Assembly: GCA_964642485.1 (NCBI GenBank)
Contig: CAZXPA010000002.1
Location: 1 to 34,250, forward strand
Length of the DNA: 34,250 nucleotides
Direction of reading: 5' to 3'
Source of the DNA: an uncultured Gammaproteobacteria bacterium
GTDB lineage: Bacteria > Patescibacteriota > Patescibacteriia > UBA2591 > UBA6264
The notes beneath the pieces are model-generated. The model saw only the letters and a program-made list of their open reading frames with translations, made no database searches and was not told the DNA's origin. The position numbers and the translations under genes were made by a program. The stretch's first letter is position 1; each line of letters opens with the position of its first letter. Shown piece by piece: positions 22,609 through 31,546 of this stretch.

Positions 22609-23492
22609 ATATTTATTGATTTAATCTTCTTTTTTATTAATAAAAACTTGTTATATTTCCTGCGCATCCTATTAACATTTCGACTATCCTTATATAACCA
22701 TTCTAGAATTCTAAGCGCTTGTATATTCCCTCTATATCTTAATGCATAATGATCTCTATTCTTTATATTATTAGTCAATCTTGTTTCACCTACCTTACAA
22801 TATTTAATCAAATAATTCTGGATACTTTTTAAAAGACTTTTTGTCCCTACAATCTGAAAACAAAGAGAGAAATGCCTTTCATCAAACATTATGCTGCCAT
22901 CGCCCTCAAAAATACCCCGAATAAAACTTTTAAAAATATCCTCTCTGTCTTTTTCCTCTATCTCTTTTAAGAATCTTTCGTTTAGAGACTTCTTTTCTCT
23001 CAGACCAAGAGCGATCAATCTATCCACTACATATTCATTATGAATATGTAATGCCAGCTGACCAGAGCAATTGATCATTACTCCCTTAGAAGAGATTCTG
23101 CTATAGGGTGAACGTTTATATAAAGGCCCAGTATATTGCAAAAATTTTTTAATTTTTAAGAGCACGTCTTGATCGCTCATTCTTATCGCAATCCCAAAAT
23201 ATTTAATTGGTCTTAACCTTATAAAACCGTCGCTTAATAACCAGCCTAATACCCATGCAACATCAGGAGTAATTTTATCAAAAAACTTCTCATTTGCGCT
23301 ATATTTAGTTCTATAAAGAGATAGCTTCCATGTCTTATTTCGAATTTCAATATCAAACCCTTTTAATCGATGACTGATCACCCATCGAGAACACCCAACT
23401 GTACGAGCTATTTCATCTTGACTCAATTTATTTTCTATATATTCATTAACCAAAAACTTTTTTGATATTTTATATTGTAATTCTGTTGGCAT
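22605..23492 (-). CDS. Free-standing LAGLIDADG homing endonuclease-like protein with N-terminal HTH
   Basis: LGWLLSDGFI and IRGIFEGDGSI motifs, plus an N-terminal LSQDEIARTVGCSRWVISHRLK helix-turn-helix. ATGA overlap with the downstream gene. Confidence 0.8.
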   Translation of the reverse strand: MPTELQYKISKKFLVNEYIENKLSQDEIARTVGCSRWVISHRLKGFDIEIRNKTWKLSLYRTKYSANEKFFDKITPDVAWVLGWLLSDGFIRLRPIKYFGIAIRMSDQDVLLKIKKFLQYTGPLYKRSPYSRISSKGVMINCSGQLALHIHNEYVVDRLIALGLREKKSLNERFLKEIEEKDREDIFKSFIRGIFEGDGSIMFDERHFSLCFQIVGTKSLLKSIQNYLIKYCKVGETRLTNNIKNRDHYALRYRGNIQALRILEWLYKDSRNVNRMRRKYNKFLLIKKKIKSINI

Positions 23493-23633
23493 TTATATAA
23501 TTTAGTGAGATTCTAAAAAATTATTTTATTCACAGCATCCACAAACACAAAATTGTTGTCTCTGATAAATCATAACATCCATGACTACCTTATAATTATA
23601 ACAAATTTTCTATTTTCAAACAACCAAATTTCT

Positions 23634-23652
23634 GCCCAGGTCGCACCTGGGC
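23634..23652 (-). terminator. Hairpin downstream of the SNase gene
   Basis: gcccaggt-cgc-acctgggc forms an 8-bp GC-rich stem. The T-run is weak. Confidence 0.5.
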
Positions 23653-23666
23653 AATTTTAAAATATC

Positions 23667-24500
23667 TTAATAATTGCAACCTTCGGCTCTTTTAAATCCT
23701 GCTACCTCGGCCTCTTCTTCAGTACAAAAATATCTGTCTCCTTTTTCCAAATCCACCTTCACTCTTTTATAATTGGGGCAACCAGGAAGAAAATATGTTT
23801 TTCCATACCCATGCTCTGAAATATTGCCCTTAATAACACATTCGGGATTTGGCGGAGGATCATTTGTTTCAAAAGTGGATGTTTTTTCTTTCAATCCCTG
23901 TTCGCAAGCGCCCCACATCCCTCTTCCCCTAGTAACTGCCTCATTACGACTATGTATTAAAATATTATTATACCGCCCCCTCTTAGACATAAACAAAGTA
24001 TTAGCAAAACCCTGTTCTAAAAGATAATCATTAACAAAAACATCGTTTGTAAAATCTCCCTCAACTAAAAATACGTAACGGAGTAATCTACCAAATCTAT
24101 CTGTTCCAAAAATATCTTTTTCCAGTTCTATATTTCTTCCTAAAACAAGCTCATTTAAGGCCTGTTTTGCTTCGCTGTAATAGCAGTCACCTTGCTCAGG
24201 AGAATCAATCCCGAGAAGACGAACAACATTTCCATCATTTATTTCTATTGTATCCCCATCAATGACTCTAACAACCTCTACTAATTCAGGCCCAAATTCT
24301 GGGGCAACATCTGAACCTGTTTCAGGCTCCATTAAACTACCTGTTCCAAACAGCGCAATCAAAATAATAAGCAATCCGCTTAAATATTTTCTTAATGTTT
24401 CATTGGATCCAGTTAAAGTCAGTACACCAATTACTGCGCCAAGAACAACAATAAAGCCTAAAAATAACTGTCTAAGTTTTTTAAATTCCTCTTTTTTCAT
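23667..24500 (-). CDS. Membrane-anchored thermonuclease (SNase-like) with Cys-containing C-terminal domain
   Basis: TM helix, then VVRVIDGDTIE...VRLLGIDSPE...DRFGRLLRYV (SNase fold). C-terminus IKGNISEHGYGKTYFLPGCPNY...YFCTEEEAEVAGF. The ATG at 24500 is preferred over the TTG at 24527. Confidence 0.85.
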   Translation of the reverse strand: MKKEEFKKLRQLFLGFIVVLGAVIGVLTLTGSNETLRKYLSGLLIILIALFGTGSLMEPETGSDVAPEFGPELVEVVRVIDGDTIEINDGNVVRLLGIDSPEQGDCYYSEAKQALNELVLGRNIELEKDIFGTDRFGRLLRYVFLVEGDFTNDVFVNDYLLEQGFANTLFMSKRGRYNNILIHSRNEAVTRGRGMWGACEQGLKEKTSTFETNDPPPNPECVIKGNISEHGYGKTYFLPGCPNYKRVKVDLEKGDRYFCTEEEAEVAGFKRAEGCNY

Positions 24501-24508
24501 AAATTTAC

Positions 24509-24527
24509 TTGGAAACTTAGTTTCCAA
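24509..24527. promoter_or_regulatory. 19-bp palindrome ttggaaac-tta-gtttccaa upstream of the SNase gene
   Basis: Perfect 8-bp arms. The 29-nt context is repeated at 25438-25466. Confidence 0.6.
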
Positions 24528-24540
24528 ATGGTTTATACTT

Positions 24541-25389
24541 TTACCAAACTACTTCATCAATTTTTGTATATTTTTCCTCAATTTTATCTTTATCCGGGCA
24601 GATGTTTCTATATTCACACCAGGGACATAGTTTGTTAATACGAGGCGAAAAATTATTATCATCCCTGGCTTCCTTTATAATGTTAACAATTTCATTTTCT
24701 ATTTTTTTTAATTCATCTTTAGTCCATATTATATCATAAATCTTTGAATACTTAATATAAATCAATCCGGCTTTAATCTTTTTTGCAAAAGGATAAAGTT
24801 TAGAAGCTATAATTGCATAAACAGGAACCTGAAGGTCCTTTTCCATCATCTTTTCTACACTATCACGATAAGGCAATTTTCCAGTCTTATAATCCCACAC
24901 TGAAATTGAAGATTCTGAATCTTGATCAATTCTGTCTATTCGACCCGCTATTACAAATTCATCTATACTGCACTGCATCCAATCTTCTAAAGATAGCGGA
25001 ACTATTGATAAATCAGCTTTTGAAATATAATTGTTCAACATTGCAATTGTCTTTAGCCCAAAGGCTTTTTCTTGCTCCACGGATCCAAATAGCTTTTTTC
25101 TTTCTTTGGCGCTCCAGCAGTCACTACTCCAACTACTCTTGGGCGCTCTGGCCCATGAATATCTTAGCATCTCGCCTAAATCTTGATCTCTTCTTTTATT
25201 TATTGGAATTTTTCTAATATCAAAAAATTTTTCAAGAACTAGATGTATTACTTTGCCGATAAAGCTTTCAGGGCTTTCAACAAATTCTGCTTTTACCTCC
25301 CTGTCGTTATGACATTTAAATTTAAACGGACACTGAATATAGGTATTCAATGCATTAGGAAATATTTTTTCTGGAAATATATATGCCAT
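24541..25389 (-). CDS. Cas4/AddB-like PD-(D/E)XK nuclease with 4-Cys Fe-S cluster motif
   Basis: N-terminal Cys (YIQCPFKFKC), GRIDRID, VWDYKTGK, QVPVY, and C-terminal CPWCEYRNIC. Confidence 0.8.
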   Translation of the reverse strand: MAYIFPEKIFPNALNTYIQCPFKFKCHNDREVKAEFVESPESFIGKVIHLVLEKFFDIRKIPINKRRDQDLGEMLRYSWARAPKSSWSSDCWSAKERKKLFGSVEQEKAFGLKTIAMLNNYISKADLSIVPLSLEDWMQCSIDEFVIAGRIDRIDQDSESSISVWDYKTGKLPYRDSVEKMMEKDLQVPVYAIIASKLYPFAKKIKAGLIYIKYSKIYDIIWTKDELKKIENEIVNIIKEARDDNNFSPRINKLCPWCEYRNICPDKDKIEEKYTKIDEVVW

Positions 25390-25439
25390 AATTTATCCCT
25401 TAATTAAATTTTCAGGCTTTCCGCTACTTGGAACGCTAC

Positions 25440-25458
25440 TTGGAAACTTAGTTTCCAA
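25440..25458. promoter_or_regulatory. 19-bp palindrome ttggaaac-tta-gtttccaa upstream of the Cas4-like gene
   Basis: Identical palindrome to 24509-24527. An extra half-site repeat gctacttggaa occurs twice at 25423-25445. Confidence 0.6.
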
Positions 25459-25548
25459 GTGGTTTAATTTACTTCTCAATTAAATCTTCGGCTTATTTTT
25501 CATCAAATCAGCTTCATTTTGAGAACCATCCCCTATTTTTTTACATAT

Positions 25549-25959
25549 CTACATAATATCCATAATAATACCAACAATTAATGCCAGAACAGAAAGAATA
25601 AAAATAAAAGCTGAATTCCACCTTGATTTTGAGGTTAGACTGGTTTTGACAATATACTTCAGGGCTTGCTTTTGCTTCTCATCAACACAAGGGGCTTTTT
25701 CCACCACATCAACCAGCTTGTAATCCGCAACCAATTCTGACCGCTTTTTTTGAATATCAAAACGATGCCCAAAATAAATAATAAAACCAATGGTGCCGAT
25801 ATACCAAGAAATTTTCACCCATAAGGGGCTATAAAAATTTAAGACGATAATTATGCGATAGGCTAATGTTGCAATAACGCCGGCCCAAAAGAAAAATAAA
25901 CGAATAGGTCTTGGATTAGGTTTTATAATTTCTAGAGATGAATTAAATGAAAAAATCAT
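25549..25959 (-). CDS. Small integral membrane protein, unknown function
   Basis: 136 aa with three clear hydrophobic helices. No recognisable family. Confidence 0.6.
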   Translation of the reverse strand: MIFSFNSSLEIIKPNPRPIRLFFFWAGVIATLAYRIIIVLNFYSPLWVKISWYIGTIGFIIYFGHRFDIQKKRSELVADYKLVDVVEKAPCVDEKQKQALKYIVKTSLTSKSRWNSAFIFILSVLALIVGIIMDIM

Positions 25960-26280
25960 ATTTTTTTATTTATGAAGCTCAAAAAAATTTCAAGCTTTGC
26001 TTATAATATCCATAAAGTTTTATTTAACTTATCTTTGTAATAATTCCTTTATCAGCATCTACTTTTATAATAGTATAATAGGGGACGGTTCTCTATTTAG
26101 CTTCATTTCTATAAAAACTTATTTCGTCCCACTTTCTCTTTGTAAAACTCATAAAGGGAAAGGGAACTGCCCTAAAAAACCTTGTTATTCGCTCCGCTCA
26201 CAATAAGAAATATATAAATATTTCTTAAAATAAATTTATTTACAAACGCAAAAATCGGGTTGCCGAGAATCAAACTCGGG

Positions 26281-27147
26281 CTATACGGCTCCGATTTGTA
26301 ATTTTAAAATCTTTGAAAGACGATTCACAGGGAATAAATCCTTGGGATATATCTCAACTAATTTAATGTTATATTTTCTGCAAATCTTTTGTTTTTTTCT
26401 AACTAATTTATCATATTCTTTCAGATCGCCTGCCAATCCGAAAAATTCTATAAAAATATCTTTGATAACAAAATCAACGCTTAAGGAATTATTCCCAGGA
26501 TATGGGACTCTTCTCTCATGCCCAATATTTTGATCAGAAAGCCAATCGTCAATTATTTTTTCAGAAAAAGAATCGCATTTGTGTCCGTCATTGGCAATAT
26601 GCTTTTTAGCAAACAATACTGGATTCGGATTAAAACCCGCTGCTTTAATTGCATTATTCCAATTGCCAAATCGGTTTCGGGTAGCACAATAGTGATGAAA
26701 TTCTCTTTTAAGAGGAATTCGTTTATTTCTTTCGTAAAATTCTTTGATTAGCTTACAGATAGTTTCTTTACTTACGACTTGAGATTTGTGTTTACATTTT
26801 ATCGAGCAATATATTTGGTGACCAAAAAATTCCTTACCACAATAATTGCATTTATCCTTCAGTTTTTTCTTTTTGGGAAATTTAGAGTTATTAAATGAAG
26901 CAGCACAAGAGAGAGAACAGAAAACGTTACCTGATTTAGATTTTCTAAATTGATTTAATAACCGAGAGATTTTCTTACTACAATTAGGGTTGGCACAAAT
27001 TTTTTCTACCCTCCTCAACCTATATTGACTTTGGCATTTTATAGAACAATACTGATTCCAGTCGAATTTATTGGCTTCATTTACTCGGCCTAATGTTCTG
27101 TAAAATCTTTTACCACAAAAGTCACACTTAACTTTAACTAAATTCAT
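26281..27147 (-). CDS. Three Cys4 zinc-finger (FCS-like) modules + HEAR-like repeat + C-terminal restriction-endonuclease-like domain
   Basis: CDFCGK..YCSIKC, CANPNC..FCSLSC and CNYCGK..YCSIKC. Then RIPLKREF...FGNWNNAIKAAGF. Then SEKIIDDWL...SVDFVI..IFIEFFG. Confidence 0.65.
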   Translation of the reverse strand: MNLVKVKCDFCGKRFYRTLGRVNEANKFDWNQYCSIKCQSQYRLRRVEKICANPNCSKKISRLLNQFRKSKSGNVFCSLSCAASFNNSKFPKKKKLKDKCNYCGKEFFGHQIYCSIKCKHKSQVVSKETICKLIKEFYERNKRIPLKREFHHYCATRNRFGNWNNAIKAAGFNPNPVLFAKKHIANDGHKCDSFSEKIIDDWLSDQNIGHERRVPYPGNNSLSVDFVIKDIFIEFFGLAGDLKEYDKLVRKKQKICRKYNIKLVEIYPKDLFPVNRLSKILKLQIGAV

Positions 27148-27162
27148 AAAATTCCCTTATTA

Positions 27163-27238
27163 TCGGGGTGACCGGATTCGAACCGGCGAAACCTCTCGCC
27201 CCCCAGACGAGCGCTCTACCCAACTGAGCTACACCCCG
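27163..27238 (-). tRNA. tRNA-Pro(GGG), no encoded CCA
   Basis: CGGGGTG/CACCCCG acceptor, anticodon arm CTCGT-CTGGGGG-GCGAG, T-loop TTCGAAT. Confidence 0.85.
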
Positions 27239-27251
27239 AAAAATATAAATC

Positions 27252-27431
27252 CTAAATCTTCATTTTCTTTTTTAAACTCTTTAAACACTTAGTACAGATC
27301 TTTATCCTCTTGCCAGATATTTTTTTTGTCTGTAAATTTAAATATTGCCATCTTTTAGTAGCGATATTTGAGTGAGATCTGGTAATGCTTGTTTTGGGCC
27401 CGCGGCCGCAAATTAAACAACGTTTAGCCAT
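27252..27431 (-). CDS. rpmB: 50S ribosomal protein L28
   Basis: MAKRCLICGRGPKTSITRSHSNIATKRWQYLNLQ...CTKCLKS. The ATG at 27431 is preferred over 27482. Confidence 0.9.
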   Translation of the reverse strand: MAKRCLICGRGPKTSITRSHSNIATKRWQYLNLQTKKISGKRIKICTKCLKSLKKKMKI

Positions 27432-27529
27432 AATAAAAGCAATTAAACAAATAAACAACTTAACATAAAAATAGTTTAGCAAATTTCTAAATTAAAGCAA
27501 TCTTTTTTATTATTGCTAAATTGCTAAAT

Positions 27530-27538
27530 TGCTAAAAT
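27530..27538 (+). promoter_or_regulatory. Extended -10 box TGcTAAAAT, 8 nt upstream of the M50 protease ATG
   Basis: attgctaa occurs three times in tandem (27512-27537), ending in tgctaaaat-gatttcaa-ATG. Confidence 0.5.
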
Positions 27539-27546
27539 GATTTCAA

Positions 27547-28155
27547 ATGATTAAACTTTTTTTATACATAGTTATTGTTCTCTCAGCTATCTTTCATGAA
27601 TACGCTCATGCCTGGACAGCTTATCAATTAGGAGACCCAACTGCTAAAAATGAAGGTCGATTAACCCTAAACCCCTTAGTTCATTTAGACCCTATTGGCA
27701 CAGTAATTCTCCCTCTTTTCCTGTTATTCACTTCAGGCATGTTTCTTGGTTGGGCTAAGCCTGTTCCTTATAATCCTCATAATCTTAGAGACCTAAAATA
27801 CGGCACCTTAAAAGTCGCTATTGCCGGTCCTTTGGCCAATCTCTTGATTGCCTTAGTTTTGGGCCTAATTTTAAGGTTTTTCTCTGGCCCTATTTTAGCC
27901 TATAGCGCTACTTTACCAGTTTTTTTAGGTCTTATCATTTACGTTAATATTTTCTTGGCCCTATTTAACTTGCTGCCTTTTCCTCCGCTTGATGGTTCAA
28001 AAATATTTGCCGACTTGTTTCCAAATCAATGGCGACATCTTATGCAATTAGGAATGATTGGAATTTTTATTGCTTTATTCATTGCCTTTTTTATCCTTTC
28101 GCCAATAGCTAACTTCATTTTCCGTCTTATTATCGGCCAAGGATTTATGTTCTAG
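27547..28155 (+). CDS. Site-2 protease family (M50) membrane metalloprotease
   Basis: HEYAHAW (HExxH) within a polytopic membrane protein, and LPFPPLDGSK. Confidence 0.85.
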   Translation: MIKLFLYIVIVLSAIFHEYAHAWTAYQLGDPTAKNEGRLTLNPLVHLDPIGTVILPLFLLFTSGMFLGWAKPVPYNPHNLRDLKYGTLKVAIAGPLANLLIALVLGLILRFFSGPILAYSATLPVFLGLIIYVNIFLALFNLLPFPPLDGSKIFADLFPNQWRHLMQLGMIGIFIALFIAFFILSPIANFIFRLIIGQGFMF

Positions 28156-28312
28156 TCCCTGCTACTCTCGTAATGCTTGACATTTCTAAGAAATAAAGTA
28201 AAATACAGGTCATCATAATATATAACATGGCAACATGAGAACATTTCCTGCCTGCGGCAGGTAAAAAAAGAAATTTCTATAAAGCAAAATTTCTTATGTT
28301 CCAATGTTCCAA

Positions 28313-28321
28313 TGCTAAAAT
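28313..28321 (+). promoter_or_regulatory. Extended -10 box TGcTAAAAT, 8 nt upstream of the rpsL ATG
   Basis: atgttccaatgttccaatgctaaaat-gaattagt-ATG. Confidence 0.5.
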
Positions 28322-28329
28322 GAATTAGT

Positions 28330-28755
28330 ATGCCAACAATTAATCAATTGGTCCGTAAAGGAAGAAAAAAAATAAAGAAGAAATCAAAGACTCCTGCTTT
28401 GCAGAGCACTTTTAATATTCTTAAAAGAACAAGAGCTGAAATGCCAAAAGGACGTCCATTTTTGCGCGGCGTTTGTTTGAAAGTCACCACTCAAACTCCT
28501 AAAAAACCTAATTCAGCCCTACGTAAAATTGCTCGCGTCAGATTGTCTAATGGCATGGAGGTCACTGCCTATATCCCGGGCATTGGTCATAATTTACAAG
28601 AGCATTCAGTGGTTCTGCTCAGAGGCGGCCGAGTTAAAGATCTGCCTGGTGTCCGCTATCACGTTGTTCGCGGTGTTCATGATGCTGGAGGGGTTGAGAA
28701 CAGGAAACAAAGTCGAAGTCTTTATGGAACAAAAAAAGAGAAGTCAGGTACTTAG
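28330..28755 (+). CDS. rpsL: 30S ribosomal protein S12
   Basis: [12 protein letters not shown]...KKPNSALRK...[14 protein letters not shown]. Confidence 0.97.
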   Translation: MPTINQLVRKGRKKIKKKSKTPALQSTFNILKRTRAEMPKGRPFLRGVCLKVTTQTPKKPNSALRKIARVRLSNGMEVTAYIPGIGHNLQEHSVVLLRGGRVKDLPGVRYHVVRGVHDAGGVENRKQSRSLYGTKKEKSGT

Positions 28756-28824
28756 GTACTTCGGTAATCAGGTATTAACCCAATCCCTAATCCCCAATTA
28801 ACCAATTAACTAATTAACCAACTT

Positions 28825-29298
28825 ATGCGTGGAAAACCAGCCCCCAAAAGAAAAATCTCTCCTGATCCCAAGTACCATCTTGTTCAAATGGCTAAATTTA
28901 TTAATTACGTGATGAGAAAAGGCAAAAAAACTATTGCCTCAAAAACGGTTTATCAGGCCATAGAGATCATTAAGCAAAAAATTAAAAAAGACCCAATTGA
29001 TATCTTCCAAAAAGCAATTAAAAATACTTCTCCCGTAGTCGAAGTAAGATCTCGTCGAATTGGCGGAGCTAATTACCAAATCCCCTTCCCAACAAATGAA
29101 TCCCGCCGTTTTGTTTTAGCCTCACGCTGGATTATTGAGGCAGCTAAAGCCCGAAAAGGCAAATCAATGTCAGAAAAATTAGCTCAAGAACTTTTAGATG
29201 CCGCCTACAGGCAAGGCGCCGCCGTTAAGAAAAAAGAGGATATCCATCGAATAGCTGAAGCAAATAAGGCCTTTGCTCATTTTGCTAGATATCATTAA
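28825..29298 (+). CDS. rpsG: 30S ribosomal protein S7
   Basis: PDPKY...VEVRSRRIGGANYQIP...ANKAFAHF. Confidence 0.97.
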   Translation: MRGKPAPKRKISPDPKYHLVQMAKFINYVMRKGKKTIASKTVYQAIEIIKQKIKKDPIDIFQKAIKNTSPVVEVRSRRIGGANYQIPFPTNESRRFVLASRWIIEAAKARKGKSMSEKLAQELLDAAYRQGAAVKKKEDIHRIAEANKAFAHFARYH

Positions 29299-29414
29299 AT
29301 CATTTTAATATTCTAACGTTTTAACATATTAACATGCCCCCCCCCTCTAATCTCCCCCTCCCAGAGGGACGGGGAGAAAATTGTTAAATTGTTTCATTGT
29401 TAAATTAGCTTAAT

Positions 29415-31517
29415 ATGTCTGATGAATTTTCATTAGAAAAAACCCGTAATATCGGTATTATTGCCCATATTGACGCTGGTAAAACTACGGTTACCGAGCG
29501 TATTTTATATTATACTGGAAAAAAACATAAAGTTGGTGAGGTTCATAAAGGTCAAGCAGAAATGGATTGGATGGCTCAGGAAAGAGAACGGGGCGTAACC
29601 ATTACTGCTGCCGCCACAACTGTTTTTTGGGCTCCACTTAAACAAAAAGAAATCCGCATTAATATTATTGACACCCCTGGTCACATTGACTTTACAGCTG
29701 AAGTTCAGCGATCTTTACGAGTCCTTGATGGCGGAATAGTTGTTTTTGACGGTGTAGCTGGAGTTGAACCACAATCAGAAACAGTTTATCATCAAGCAGA
29801 AAAATTCAAGATTCCTTTAATTGCTTTTATTAATAAAATGGATCGAGTAGGAGCCAACTTCTATGCTGATTTAGCTTCAATTCATGAACGTTTAACTCCT
29901 AATGCTTACCCTTTACAATTACCAATTGGCGCTGAAGCAGATTTTAAGGGTATAGTTGATTTATTTACCCGCCGGGCCAAAATTTACTTAGACGAAATGG
30001 GGAAAGAAATTAAAGACGAAGAAATCCCAGCAAACCTTAAGGATAAAGTCGAGGAATACCGACATAAATTAATTGAGGCAATTGTTGAACATGATGAAAA
30101 ATTAATGCATCAATATTTAGGGGGCAAAGAACCAGACATTAATGATTTAAAAAAAGTTTTACGGCAGGCAGTTATCAAGAATAAAATAGTCCCTGTCTTA
30201 TGCGGTTCAGCTTTAAAAAATAAAGGAATTCAATTATTATTAGACGCTATTTGCGATTACCTGCCTTCTCCCTTAGACGTTCCACCAATTGAGGGAATTA
30301 TCCCAAAAACTGGTGAGAAACAAACACGTCCTTCGGACAAGGATAAACCTTTTGCTGCTCTGGCTTTTAAAATTGCCACTGATCCTTATGTTGGTCGTCT
30401 ATGTTACCTTCGAGTTTATTCTGGCGCTTTATTAGCAGGCTCATATGTCTTGAATGCCACTACTGGTAACAAAGAAAGGGTCGGACGGATTGTTCAAATG
30501 CATGCTAATCAACGAAAAGAGCTCAAACAGGTTCTTGCTGGAGAAATTGCTGCAATTGTTGGAATAAAAAACACAAGTACTGGCGATACTCTTTGTGCCT
30601 CCGCCCACCCAATCGTTTTAGAATCAATTACTTTCCCTGAGCCAGTTATTTCTGTGGCTATTGAGCCAAAAACTAAAACTGACCAAGAAAAAATGGGCCT
30701 GGCAATTACTAAATTAGTCGAAGAAGACCCAACTTTTAAGGTAAAAACTGATGAAGAAACCGGGCAAACGATCATCTCTGGCATGGGCGAGCTTCATTTA
30801 GAAATCATTGTTGACCGCCTAAAGCGCGAATTTAGTGTTAATGCCAATGTTGGTCAGCCGCGAGTCGCTTACAAAGAAACCATTACTTCAATAGTTGAAA
30901 GTGAAGGAAAATATATTCATCAATCAGGTGGCCGCGGTCAATATGGCCATTGTTGGCTTAAACTTGAACCATTAGAAAGAAATAAAGGATTTGAATTTGT
31001 AGATAAAATCAAGGGGGGGACCATTCCTAAAGAATATATTCCAGCAATTAAAAAGGGCGTAATTGAAGCCATGGCGACCGGGGTTTTAGCTGGTTATCCA
31101 GTTATTGACATGATGACTACTGTTTATGATGGTTCTTTCCATGAAGTTGATTCTTCAGAGGCAGCTTTTAAAATTGCTGCTAATCGAGCTATTCGTGACG
31201 GCGTCAGAAAAGCTAAACCAATCCTTTTAGAACCAGTGATGAAAATTGAAGTTGTTGCTCCAGAAAAATTTATGGGCGAGGTAATTGGTGACCTTAATTC
31301 CAGACGAGCTCAAATTCAAGGGACAAAAACGCGTGGGCAAATAAAATTAGTTGACGCCTTAGCCCCTTTAGCAGAAATGTTTGGCTACACTACTGCCCTA
31401 CGATCAATTACCGAAGGCCGAGGCAGTTCAACTATGGAATTCTCTCATTACGCTCAAGTTCCACGTAATATTCAAGAAGAAATAGTTGGCGAAACAATTG
31501 AGAAAAAAGAAAAATAA
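29415..31517 (+). CDS. fusA: Elongation factor G
   Basis: [22 protein letters not shown], and domain IV/V motifs. 700 aa, in the str-operon position. Confidence 0.97.
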   Translation: MSDEFSLEKTRNIGIIAHIDAGKTTVTERILYYTGKKHKVGEVHKGQAEMDWMAQERERGVTITAAATTVFWAPLKQKEIRINIIDTPGHIDFTAEVQRSLRVLDGGIVVFDGVAGVEPQSETVYHQAEKFKIPLIAFINKMDRVGANFYADLASIHERLTPNAYPLQLPIGAEADFKGIVDLFTRRAKIYLDEMGKEIKDEEIPANLKDKVEEYRHKLIEAIVEHDEKLMHQYLGGKEPDINDLKKVLRQAVIKNKIVPVLCGSALKNKGIQLLLDAICDYLPSPLDVPPIEGIIPKTGEKQTRPSDKDKPFAALAFKIATDPYVGRLCYLRVYSGALLAGSYVLNATTGNKERVGRIVQMHANQRKELKQVLAGEIAAIVGIKNTSTGDTLCASAHPIVLESITFPEPVISVAIEPKTKTDQEKMGLAITKLVEEDPTFKVKTDEETGQTIISGMGELHLEIIVDRLKREFSVNANVGQPRVAYKETITSIVESEGKYIHQSGGRGQYGHCWLKLEPLERNKGFEFVDKIKGGTIPKEYIPAIKKGVIEAMATGVLAGYPVIDMMTTVYDGSFHEVDSSEAAFKIAANRAIRDGVRKAKPILLEPVMKIEVVAPEKFMGEVIGDLNSRRAQIQGTKTRGQIKLVDALAPLAEMFGYTTALRSITEGRGSSTMEFSHYAQVPRNIQEEIVGETIEKKEK

Positions 31518-31518
31518 T

Positions 31519-31546
31519 TTGACTTTTACTCTAAAAATGGTATACT
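31519..31546 (+). promoter_or_regulatory. Sigma70-like promoter, candidate ssrA promoter
   Basis: TTGACT (31519-31524), 16-nt spacer, TATACT (31541-31546), preceded by TGg (extended -10). Confidence 0.6.

Noticed and set aside
24541-25389. CRISPR-Cas locus inferred from the Cas4-like gene
   Set aside because: There is no repeat-spacer array and no cas1, cas2 or effector genes in the window. Stand-alone Cas4/AddB-like nucleases are common.
29200-29312. Antisense mini-ORF (33 codons) preceded by ttaaaatgattta opposite the rpsG 3' end
   Set aside because: It lacks the TG of the extended -10 box and is antisense to a highly conserved gene. It is probably a by-product of the mirrored ttaacat word spacer.
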